A DNA stretch of 55,328 nucleotides, counting the filler, from Sphacelaria rigidula (taxonomy: Eukaryota): NCBI GenBank assembly GCA_964200075.2. It is 5 parts of 5 records of this genome, joined end to end, with 100 filler letters (N's around TTAATTAATTAA, not from the genome) between each part and the next. Parts side by side here need not be neighbours in the genome. Positions count along the whole stretch, not along the records: positions 11,087 to 22,072 come from CAXNAA020005571.1; positions 22,173 to 33,158 come from CAXNAA020005572.1; 3 more parts are not named here. One strand, 5' to 3'. Position 1 is the stretch's first letter. Each line of letters opens with the position of its first letter. Shown one piece after another: positions 12,171 through 22,946 of the stretch. A model generated the notes under the pieces. That model worked only from the letters and a program-made list of their open reading frames with translations, made no database searches and was not told the DNA's origin. The translations under genes and the position numbers were made by a program.

Positions 12171-12932
12171 TTAGTATCGTTCGCCTCGACTAACAGACCA
12201 GAGCCAACGCAAAGAGCAGGGGGGTCGCTCGAAAGGTCGGTAAAGTATATTTCGGGATTCGAGCTCGCGATATTCCGCGCACTGACTGTCCTCAGGGATG
12301 CCCTTAGGGGTAGAGTCGCAGATAGACCGACCGGCGGCACGGAGCGGTAATGTTGGGGTTGCTTTGGACGCACCGGCGTCATGAGGTCCGTCGGCAAAAT
12401 AGTTCCGCAAGGACGTCGGGGTCCCGTCGGCCCTCCTGAAGTGAAGACCCCAAAATATTCCGCAAGTCAGACAGCCCATGACCTAAAATAACTAATCGAA
12501 GAGAACTCTCACATATTTTGTCTAATGACACAAAATACGATACGTGACAGCGGGGTAAAAGAAGGCAGAAAGCGCTACCTTTACGCTGCTCCACCTGCTC
12601 GGCGTCCAGCGCTGTGGGTACAGCAAGCATGGAAAAACGGGACAAATAGGGTTCGAATCACAAATCTCGTGGAGAGGAGTTGGTGAACCCTCTCCCTCAC
12701 TCCGGCCCCTAATCTTTCTTTCTCTCCATGAGGAGTTTCTGCGTCACCATCATGTGCCCCATTCGCAAAACATACTAAGCGGGTACGATTGCCCCCTCCC
12801 ACCTTCTCGCGCTTCCTAGTGTACCTGAATCATTCGAAGAGTTTTGGCGCTCTGCCCTGATATGGGGAGCAAGTCCAGCAACACGGATTCCGTTAGAATC
12901 GGTGTTCCGAGCCGCGTGCGGTCCAACGTGGC
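12171..12932 (-). CDS. Possible three 3'-terminal exons of an unidentified spliced gene (12932-12825, 12611-12579, 12482-12171)
   Basis: AG/GT sites give exons of 108, 33 and 312 nt, all phase 0. They join into ATLDRTRLGTPILTESVLLDLLP...RWTPSRWSSVK-VMGCLTCGIFWGLHFRRADG...GERY*. No domain was recognised. Confidence 0.3.
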
Positions 12933-13614
12933 CTGTTGTTAATTGAGATTGGAAGAACAAGCCACGCAGAGGGATGTGAGGGGAGACAGAGATGCAAAGA
13001 GACAGGCCGAGAACGATATATGGAGACAGACAGAGAGAGACAGAAAGGCAAAGAGAAAGACACACACAGACAGACACACAGACACACAGACGCAAAAGTA
13101 TAACCAAACGCGAGCACTTTAGTAAGACAAAAAAAACTAGGTCAATCCTGGAGCGACAAACAACAATGGGACCAGGGGAACCTGAGAAGCTAGTCATCTC
13201 GCACGGCACCACGCCTATGAAGGGATCCATACCTGGAGCAGAGAAAATGAAAACACCGGATGTGATAATTATTCGGTCAATTAATAACTAATGAATGAGA
13301 AACGGGAAGAGGCCACATTGTGTCTACTTAACGGGAATGTGAAATGTTGCTGGAACATAAACGATATGCAGCGGGGACATATCGCGTTATTTTTTTATTT
13401 GTATATTATTCTTGTTTCCTAGAGAATCGGAACAAAAATTAAAAGAGAAACAAAAAATAATAAGCAGAAGCCTGAACAAAAGACACCGTTGATTAATCGA
13501 TTCGATTGATTGTCACATTTTTAGCGAACCCGCTACGAACGAACCCTTGGGGTTGTCATGAGAAATTGTAGACGTACGTACGCATGATAAACTGCACGTA
13601 TCAATAAATCAGAC

Positions 13615-14049
13615 CCCCGCCACGCCTAGTCGTTCCGCTACGGCGGAGAGGACGAGGGTTCGATTCCCGATGAGTTGGGTAGTTTCTTCGTTAGTTTGCT
13701 TGCCTTCCTGTGCGGGCTGTTCGATTTATGGGCATGGGTGGTATGCTCCTTGCACTCTGTGACCACGGGTTCGAGAGATCGGGCTCATGTGGCGAACATG
13801 ATAATAACACTAGTAATACTGTGATTTCCACCGTGGAAAGCGTGAGAACGTGAGCAAACAAAGTAATAGTTGATTGGGTTTGTTCGACGAGAGTGGACGT
13901 GGTGCAGGAGTGCTGGTCATGATCCAATCCGCGAGACCAAAATACAAGGCGTGTACCGGGGGAGAGATGGGTTGATCCCTTGAGACCACGAACTCGTCCC
14001 GAGGTAGGGGGGGGGTTCAGAGTGCGACAAATACTAAAAAAACAAAAAC
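13615..14049 (+). mobile_element. Putative tRNA-derived SINE
   Basis: Pol III B-box GGTTCGATTCC at 13657-13667. The body and 3' end (GGAGAGATGGGTTGATCCCTTGAGACCACG...GTGCGACAAAT) are shared with 30780-31115, 28825-28965, 24690-24765 and 49757-49835. It ends in an A-rich tail. Confidence 0.6.
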
Positions 14050-14149
14050 TACCTCCTCCCCAAAACACAGATGAACCATAGATATGGGCAATGGACCACG
14101 AACGGATGATGGTCATCTACTTGGGGCGTTGTTGAGATCACATGCAGTC

Positions 14150-14257
14150 TAGTTGTTGTCGTGGTTGTCTTGCATATTGAAAACCCCTCCGATATCTGCG
14201 CAGTACTTCCATTTCCGTACTGGGCATCTGCGGACGCCTTCCGTGGTCACAGGCTAG
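14150..14257. repeat. Short dispersed repeat
   Basis: GTTGTCTT...TCCGATATCTGCGC...GACGCCTTCCGTGGTCACAGGCTAG is also present at 29641-29736. Confidence 0.7.
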
Positions 14258-14753
14258 GGATCATGGTGATGGTGTATCATTATCACCATTATTGCGGTCA
14301 ACAACTGGAGTGTTACGAGAATTAAGTATGCTCCTCATGCTTCCACCAACAGCACAAGGATTGAGAAAGAAACAAAAACAAAAACAGTGCTTATATTATG
14401 GCATGACGTGACCTTGTTGTGACCAACCAAGCATAACAGTATTATGCATGATGATCAAACAAAACAGTCTCCGACGAATGATGACCAGGACAAAGACAGA
14501 CAGACTCATGAAAGGTGGCCAAAACAGCATGGTGACGATGACCGGAAACCGTCTGCCGAATGACGATAAAAACAGTCAGATGAATGATGGCCGATGACGA
14601 TTCGCTTGGAATGACACGAGCAAACGACGTTCCCGAGAAAATCGACTACGAAAATAAAAATAAATCTTATCCAATTACGGCAACGGATGCAACACCGCTC
14701 AGTTTCACCCCCCACCGCCACTCATGCGAGCCTAGAGAGGCGGTTTTCGCGTC

Positions 14754-15900
14754 ATGTCCCCCTCCTCGCAAGGGTCCCAGCCTTCGGGAGAGCCGTCGGC
14801 ACGGGGGGCACCTCGACCCCACACCACCGAAGGGAAACTACAAAATCCCGGTGTACAACCACCAAGCGGACAAGGTTCCCACGCAAACAGGCAGCATGGT
14901 CGGGACGACAGCGCCGTGTTAGACAAGCTCGCATCCCAGATGAAAGTACTGCTTCCCACGGCACAAGCAACCGCGGTGCGGGTGTCCACCATCGAAGACG
15001 AGATTTAACAAGTCGAAATCAGGTCGCAGCAGAATCAACCAAATCCCTCGCCACCCGCGCCAGTCACCGCGCCTGTAGCACCAGCCGGAGCCGCACCCGA
15101 CCTTCAGTTCCCACAGATCATGAATGTCCCGCAATTATTGGGGCTGAACGCCCCACCACCTGTGCAACCGGGACCACCTGCGATGTCAATAGCAGGGCGG
15201 GAGGCCGAAAAGGCCACCTCCATCGCATGGAAGAAGGACAGCTTTCGGAGGACTTTCGCACTGCGGCTGAAGAACTCCTCAATTCATGACAGAAAAACGA
15301 AATGCGCAGGCTACAAGGGGAAGGCTCATCATGTAACGCTTGCAAGAACTGGTGGAGAAGCGGCGCATGCGCAGCATTTTCGAACAGATGCCCATATACA
15401 CACTCTTTCTTAGGCCCACCAGCCCCCAGTGCCGATAACAGCGGAGGAAGATTGGGCGGCGGCAGCAGCGGTGGAGGTAGTGGCAACAGTAACAGCAGAG
15501 GCGCGCGCGCAAACCGCGCAACGCAGCCGCAAACCAGCACCATAGCCATCGTGCCTTTCGTAGGTAGCACCACCCAGCACTCCCAATAGAATCAACACAA
15601 CGCGGGGTGGGGTTCAGGCTCCAGCGCGAGTAACAGTGGGAACTTTGGATCCAGGAGATGGGGGCGCGGGGCGGGCGATGGCAGCTTTGGAGGTGGTGGA
15701 GATGGACGTGGAGCAGGCAGCGGATGAGGGTGCGGGCTCCGCTCCGCAATGCGGGGCCAGCACCGTCACATGGGACTGTACAGTCAGCCAGCGGACGCTC
15801 ATTGCCGGCTTCATGGGATTCGGATCAGCGCGGCACGGTACAATCCATAGAGCACCAAGGCGTTCCGGCTGCGGGGTCAGTGCCAGTAGAGGCGGTTTTG
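14754..15900 (+). pseudogene. Gag-like ORF1 remnant of the YR retrotransposon
   Basis: Degenerate knuckle CAGYKGKAHH and CCCH finger CKNWWRSGACAAFSNRCPYTH (~15300-15405), followed by a Gly/Arg-rich segment. Broken across frames. Confidence 0.55.
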
Positions 15901-16418
15901 GGTGAGTACGCGCGTCTTTTTTTTATTTCCAATGGTAGCAGCGTATACAGTATAGTATACTTGCGGATGAACTTACGTGGCACGGCAAAATTGGTGATCG
16001 GTACTCTACCCTAATTTGGGTCACATGAACACCACTCCCAATCAAACGCTTCGCCACACGCAATTTAGCGCCACGAGTAAGTACAATCATACACTACTCA
16101 CGGGCTAACGCACGCACCACGCACGCAAACATAGATACAACTTAACGAAGACCTCGCGGCAAACACGGGGCAAATTGAGCTCATGTATAGATTTAGCGGT
16201 ACGCGCCAGAATAGAGTAATAAGACATACCGAATGTAATGGTCGGTATTCAAATCGCGTCACAAATACCTAATACGCTCCAATTACAATCGAAATTTACC
16301 GGCATTCAAGCTGCATTACAAAAACACAGTACACGCCAACTACAGTAGGAATTTGGGGAAAACAATCATAATAAGCTCACGCAAGGCATAACCGCACCAC
16401 TACATCCAATATGCACCC

Positions 16419-16762
16419 GCTGAGTCTCTATTCAAACAGGCGCTACAGAAAGGGGCATAGTACGAGCTCCCCCACTGGGTCCCTGTTGATACAGGTGCTG
16501 CAGGCAGGGTCATCGTACCAAACAGTAGGCACTCGCTGAGTCCCTGTTTTAGACAGACGCTGTAGAAAGGGACATAATACTAGATTACCCTCGGAGTCCC
16601 TGTTATTGATCACAGGCGCTGCAGAAAAGGGGCACAACTTGGTATCCGCACCCAATGAGTCCCTGTACATACAGGCACTGCATAGAGGAGCATACCACGG
16701 CATTGCCCCTCACTCGGCCCCTGACTTACACAGGAGCTGCAGAGAGGGGGGGGCATAGCACC
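16419..16762. repeat. Degenerate ~58-bp tandem repeat (~6 copies) inside the YR element
   Basis: GAGTCCCTGT...ACAGGCGCTGCAGAAAGGGGCATA recurs at a ~56-62-bp period. Confidence 0.75.
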
Positions 16763-17256
16763 GCAACAAGACAAATTACGCATTGGAACGTACGCATTAC
16801 TCCCAACACACCTAATAGTTCCCCCTCTCTTAATATCATGCATTCGCTGAGTCTCCGGCCAGCATGCGCTGCAGCAAGAGACATGATACCGCATAAAACA
16901 GCGTAGATATCATTCAAAAACACCAACAACGCATGTATTTAAACTACTGTATACAGGTCCCCGTCATTCGGACTCCCATAGGGCTACTGTATCATGGGGA
17001 CCGGATTGGCAACCATTGAACAGGGGAGATGGATCGGGCTCAACCTCAGGGACGGACTCACGATCAGCAGCAACTCAAGCAATTACGCGGAGCAATTGGT
17101 ACGAAGCACTAGAACAGTTGAATATCGCACATGCATACCAAACACGCGACAACATCAGTGAGTGTATGCGCAGGCTAGAGGACATCATGTCTACCCCTTT
17201 GTTTACGCATAGAGGACGAGCAGGTAGTGTAGCACGCATGCTCAGGGGGGAAATTT

Positions 17257-19480
17257 ATGGCGCCACACATGAATAGGCAAATAATCAGCTATCATTTTGA
17301 CGCAAAAAGATTTCCAGAGATTAAACAGTTCAAGAGGATCATAGACGTCGGAGTTCCAGTAGATGTTCAAGGGCAAGGTGATCTGGCCAACGCCTTAGAT
17401 TACGGTAACCATTCCAGCGCCAGCAGCGTCGACTCCGAAGTTGCGGCGCACATCATTAACGAAATACGATTAGGGCGGATCTTACTTGTACACCGCCGAA
17501 TGGCAGACACAATCCAAGGCTTGCGAATATCGCTACTAGCCTTAGTAACGTCTCCCGTCAAAAACGCGTTTCATTTGATCTATCCTTTGTACGTGGGGGT
17601 GGCGCGGACGCGCAGTTAGGGGTAAACGGGGGCACAAACTTCGACGCCGCGCCAAATATTTCCCTGGGCCGCGTTCTACCCGGCGTTTGAGCCCGAATTT
17701 GCGGCCTGCGTCTTGAATTCGGCGCCAAGGTATCCCATCATTTTAGCCAAAATGGACGTAGCAGCAGGCCTACCGCCAGTTCCGAAGAGATATGGACAGA
17801 GCACCGATTCTATCGTACGCCTTCGCAGATTACATTTGCACCGACCGCAGATTACTATTCGGTTGGCGTTCATCAGCAGGATGGTGGGGTATTCCCGCAT
17901 CAGCATTACCGTACTCACACAACCATACGTCTCCCGACTCGGTGATGAGTTTACCCGAAGCAATAGAGATCGCTACTGTAGCACAATACGTGTGAAGCGC
18001 CTGCAAGTTTGAGCACGGTATTACCCCCCCCCCCCCCCCCAAACCAGAGTAGCCCCCGTATCAGGCGGAGGACGGCAGGATAATTTCTTTTGCGAGACGT
18101 ACGTAGACGATACTGTTTTCGTAGAGGCCCTTCTCGACGACAGCGACACGAGATTATTGAGGGCATCGCAATCGGCCATTTCAGACCATTTGCGCATGCC
18201 AGGGTTTCAGCGAGGCCCAGGGAACCCCGTTTCATCACCACATAATCTCACAGACTGGGCAACCACGCAAGAGGTACTAGGTTTCACAGTAGACACGCAG
18301 TTAATGCGTATATCCATCCCGGCCAAAAAGATAGACGACATCCACAAAATCTTGGATAAATGGTCGGAACACACGGGAGAGTTTTCGTAGAGGCCCTTCT
18401 CGACGACAGCGACACGAGATTATTGAGGGCATCGCAATCGGCCATTTCAGACCATTTGCGCATGCCAGGGTTTCAGCGGGGCCCAAGGAACCCCGTTTTA
18501 TCACCACATAATCTCACAGACTGGGCAACAACGCAAGAGGTACTAGGTTTCACAGTAGACACGCAGTTAATGCGTATATCCATCCCGGCCAAAAAGATAG
18601 ACGACATCCACAAAATCTTGGATAACTGGTCGGAACAAACAGGAGAGTAGCCCAAGCGAGTGAACTATGGAGTTTAGCGGGCAAATTACGACACATATCG
18701 ACCATTGTAAGATCAGGGAAATAGTTCGTGTGGAGACTGTTATCTATTTCGGGTACGGACAGCAGGAATTACGAGGACCATAACATTCCGATCAAGCACG
18801 GGGGGGGCAGCTGGCTGACCTAGCAGCGGAATTTCACCACGACCTAGTGTGGTGGAAAGAGGCGGTAGAGCATAACATCCTGAAGCATGGCATGTCGCTG
18901 TACTCACCAACATTCGGTCGCGTTTAACCACCAGTCACGAGGCATTGGATATCTGACGTATCATTCGCAGGCAATAGGCGGGTACTGCCCAGAGATTTTA
19001 GTCTGGTGGCGGTATGACCTCGCATCCGACGAGTTTGCACGAACACAAACAACTTGGGATGACCCCCAGCACAACGGAAACGATATCAATATGTCGGAAT
19101 TGGTGGGAATGGAAAATGACGGCATGGACTATGACCATCGCCAAGGGCGACGGGCCCACGGCAGAAAATGACGCCGTGCATTTTTGAGGGAGATAATGCA
19201 CCCGCAGCAGCGCGGGTCAACCGATGCGAAGGCACGCGCGACCCACGAGCAGCGGCACTAATGCGCTTGCTCGGCACCCATAAATGCGCAGGAGGTGGTG
19301 CCAGGCACACCACATCGCCGGCATGAAAACGTCATTGCCGATGGTTTATACCGCTGGCCACGTAGTGAAATCCCGTCGAAATTGTATGCAATACACCCGT
19401 CCCCATATTGGCAGGAGGCTCATTTGGGCGAGCAGGGTGCGACGATTTATTCCGAGGTCTTGCGGACGTTCTCGCACGCG
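17257..19480 (+). pseudogene. Reverse transcriptase / RNase H remnant (DIRS/Ngaro type)
   Basis: Motifs YGNHSSA, LAKMDV, DRRLLFGWRSSAGWW, YVDD (TAC GTA GAC GAT at 18100-18111) and QEVLGFTVDT. RNase H-like INMSELVGM, GDN and HIAG..NVIADGL follow. Frameshifted. Confidence 0.88.
18115..18648 (+). repeat. 266-bp near-identical tandem duplication within RT
   Basis: GTTTTCGTAGAGGCCCTTCTCGACGAC starts at 18115 and again at 18381. The copies differ at only a few positions. Confidence 0.95.
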
Positions 19481-19559
19481 TCGGAGTTGCACCATCGACT
19501 TTGGCCACTTGCAGTGGGGGTTGGAAGTTATGAAAATAATTCAGGCAGGAGGGCGTCGC

Positions 19560-20498
19560 GAAGAGAGGTTTGCCTAGATCCAGCCATGAGAAAAGACGCA
19601 GTGGCGCAGGAATTGGCAAAATTTGTTGCATGCCTATATTTTTCCAGCGGCAATTGACCACCTACGGCAATTGGTAGACGATCGGCAGTACCATATTTTC
19701 ACAAACTAGAAGGCGTCGAGTTCCTACTGACACACTATTTTCTACGAGCAGTCAAATCGGGACCAAATAGAGAGAGTGCACAAAAAGGGGAAGGGGCACG
19801 CATGAGGCGCCACCTGACTTGGGTAATGCTCAGGCAAAGGCATAGTCTAGTTCCCTCATGGGGCGACGGAGGTACGGTACTGTGGCTATCTTCATGCGTT
19901 TCATATTTCTTTTCCATGTAGGGCATCGGAATTATTCGCGTACAGTAACGGCAAAATCCACAAGGGGCTTGGTCTGACACGCGGGGACATCGCATTTAAG
20001 AGGAACGGGACACAACTGCACGAGCACTCAGAATGGCGAACAGCTGACAGCATAGAAGTACGTTTTAAGGCGCACAAGAGTGACCGAAAAAGACTAGGGG
20101 CCGCATAGAGCAAAAATCGTTCCGTATCTCAACCCAACAGGCAGGCATTGGACCTCGATCAGTCCCTGGGTGCGCAGGGCGGCGGGTTGGAAGTAATGAT
20201 CGCGCTAACGCTAGTTCACCCTGAGTTGGACGCTAACGCCCCGCTCACCACATACGCCTCACAATCAAAATGGAGGGTATGGACGCGCGAGCACGCAACA
20301 ACCGCTCTGCGGGAGTTAGAGCAACAACATAGTGTGAACCCTTCAGAATATGCACTCCATTCAGGTCGTATCGGGGGAACAACGCGTTTGGCCGCGGCAG
20401 GCATTCCATCAGCAGTAATTCAGCGTGAAGGTCGTGGGCGAAGTGAAGCTTTCATGGAATACGTTCAAGCTAATTTGGAAGACTCAGGGGCAGTATAG
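19560..20498 (+). pseudogene. Tyrosine recombinase (YR) remnant
   Basis: Catalytic motifs YFFPCRASEL (R at ~19920), YALHSGRIGGTTRLAAAG (HxxR) and IQREGRGRSEAFMEYV (W box mutated, catalytic Y present). Confidence 0.9.
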
Positions 20499-20675
20499 TA
20501 TCTCAGGCACTCATAGAGGACGTATTAGCCGGTGGCATCCAACCCGGACAAGGAACTCAGCGGGGAGATGGCAATGATCAGATTTGAATGTGGGGTGATG
20601 ACATCCAATATGGTCGGGAAAGCGGTACGCAGTAAGGAAGAGAAGAGAAAAGGGGACGATGAATATGTTAAAATG

Positions 20676-21444
20676 GGAAAGTAGTAACTTGGTAATCATG
20701 TAGGATCGCAGAATGCGTTTCTTGCAGTTATACGCGTGCAATTGTCAGATGTTTTATGGGCGTGCGGTGCACAAGGAGCACCAGAATGTAGAAATACTGC
20801 TCGAGAGGGAGACGGTATACCGTCTCTATCTTTGGTTCGGGATTAGTAGCATTTCGTACCGTTTCCTCGCCTATGCTTGCCGAGGAAAATCTAATGAAAA
20901 TATTCTAGACTCACAAGGGGAGCAAAGTGAAGGATCCGAGCGTAGCGGGATCTGCGGTTTGTGTATCGGTGCAAATCGTTACATAATGCAACGGATCAAG
21001 CTGCTGCATTACAGCGAAGCAGGAATCGGGTTCAGTGTAGTCGGATAAAATAGTTCGTACCATATAAGAACAGAAATAAGAAAGGCAGGTGCACAAGAAC
21101 GTGGTAAAACAACAGCACAGTACAGCCTTTTTTCAGCAATATCGTCAAGCAGCGCAGCAGGCGATTTCGTTCCCCATCCCTCCCACCCAGCGGGGGAAGT
21201 AGTATCTTGGTAATCATGTAGGATAGCAGAATGCGTTTCTTGCAGTGATACGCATGCAATTGTCAGATGTTCTACGGGCGTGCGGTGCACGAGGGGCACC
21301 AGAGTGAAGAAATGCTACTCGAGAGGAAGACGGTATACCGTCTCAATCTTAAGTTCTGGATTGGGAGCATTTTGCACCGTTTCCTTGCCTACGCTTGCCG
21401 AGGAAAATCTAACGAAAAAATTCCAGATTCACAAGAGGAGCAAA
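20676..21444 (+). repeat. Split direct repeat B1 (20676-20926) - A2 (20927-21193) - B2 (21194-21444) at the YR element 3' end
   Basis: A ~250-bp direct repeat at a 518-bp offset (AAGTAGTA.CTTGGTAATCATGTAGGAT...CACAAG.GGAGCAAA), directly downstream of YR. Confidence 0.85.
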
Positions 21445-22072
21445 AAGCATGTTCACAGTGTTCTACAAGGCATTGGCAGAGGGACAGGCAGAATTCATGA
21501 CGATAGCTCCTTTTCCACGGCCCACCTGGGTTTAGTGCCTCGTGAAAATGACCACATTGTGGCATGTACACTCCTTCCCGGTTTCCCCCCTCCACCCTGT
21601 GGTGGTGTAATTACTAATTGCTACCAGGTACGTTTTAGTGTAGGCTGGCGGTCCGAAACCCCTCTCGGGAAATCCCGGGAACGCTATACGGAATGCAAGT
21701 AATACGAGAAGCCATTTCACGAGCATCCGGGATTTGATACCTGGGAAGGCCTCTCTGGGCCAGGGATAGGGCCCCCACACGATCTTTGCAGTGACATCAC
21801 ACTCGGTAACAATCCTCGTGCTGGTCGTTCGGGTCTGGTAAATTTTTTTTGCCTCGCCGTGATTGGGCAGGTCGCTCCCAACAGGGTTGATATTAACCCT
21901 TTTGGGACCGGGCCTCCAGAACGACCAAGAGGCTGGTAAGGAATGACGTGTCTGGTGTCTACACGAAAAAGTGGCGTGTTGCTGAAAATCTGCGTATGTA
22001 ACTGCAGGGTTATGACGAAGACCGAAAGTTCCATCTAGGCTTTTTTCAGGTGCAGGGTGCGCATTAGGTGGT

Positions 22073-22172
22073 NNNNNNNNNNNNNNNNNNNNNNNNNNNN
22101 NNNNNNNNNNNNNNNNTTAATTAATTAANNNNNNNNNNNNNNNNNNNNNNNNNNNNNNNNNNNNNNNNNNNN
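22073..22172. other. Artificial contig linker
   Basis: 100-bp N/TTAATTAATTAA/N. Confidence 0.97.
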
Positions 22173-22750
22173 GTGGGACACCCCTTGGGCCAGCGGTCAA
22201 CTTTTCCCTCCCTTTTGGGCAATGAGGCAGAAGAAATCGTGAATTTGGTGATTTTGAGTTGTGATGATTTGTCCTAACCGTGTACTCTTGTACAATAATG
22301 AACACACGTGTACGGCAGGAAACATCATGACTAGCTAGACTGAAAGAGATTACTTACAATAAATACTGAACAACTTTTTATTTCACCCGATCCTACATTA
22401 ACCACCACCAGGAACAATATTTTCGTGAGATTGAGAGTGAAGGATGCGCCTGAGAGTGGGAAGCGGTCAATTTATGAAAGAGTAGTTTCAGTTCCGAGAT
22501 GCTCCTCTACGAGGCCCGATACGCTTTTTGCAGTAGGTCACCACTGGAGCCCTTGGTATTTCCCGAGTAGGATATCGACATCTAGCTGTAAGCACACGCC
22601 AGTGTTACAGGCGAAGAAGAGCACACAGAGAATGTAAAAAATGGTCGAGCTAAACTGAATGATAAAACCCATCCTCAATCAACGCTCTACTCTCAATCTC
22701 ACGAAGCACTGTTCAGGACGGACGGTCAAACAAGACAAGCACTCAATTAC

Positions 22751-22946
22751 CTGAACCGTAGACACCACGTTCCTATCGTCCACCTCCACTCCCACCACAC
22801 CGCTGGGGCGATACTCGAAGTCCATGGAGAAAGCTTGGCCGGAGGCACAGGAGGCCACGTGCCACAGGTGTTCCAATCGAGGGTCGGCGCTCAGATTCCC
22901 GTACACACCGTCCCTATTCACGCAGCACTCTGAAGATGTCCGAATG
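22751..22946 (-). CDS. Sec23/24-like exon (beta-sandwich)
   Basis: TAACAG acceptor and CAG|GTAATT donor; 196 nt; IRTSSECCVNRDGVYGNLSADPRLEHLWHVASC...STVQ. Confidence 0.85.

Larger units (their letters stand above)
14480..21444 (+). mobile_element. Decayed tyrosine-recombinase retrotransposon (DIRS order, Ngaro-like); 5' boundary approximate
   Basis: Gag-like region with a CCCH finger, then RT, RNase H and YR motifs in the same orientation, followed by a 3' B-A-B split direct repeat. Many stops and frameshifts. Confidence 0.88.

Noticed and set aside
13182..13232. Additional upstream exon of the 12.2-12.9 kb candidate gene
   Set aside because: The phase required to join the next exon gives an in-frame TAG.
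13615..13680. tRNA gene
   Set aside because: Only a B-box/T-arm-like motif is present. No convincing cloverleaf was found, and it continues into a dispersed repeat.
20148..20498. Phage/bacterial integrase or Crypton
   Set aside because: The YR lies directly downstream of co-oriented RT/RNase H motifs and upstream of split repeats, which indicates a DIRS-order retrotransposon.
22420..22590. Next Sec23-like exon after 22751
   Set aside because: The candidate acceptor gives LDVDILLGKYQGLQW* with an early stop and no expected motif. The remaining exons are probably beyond the contig end.
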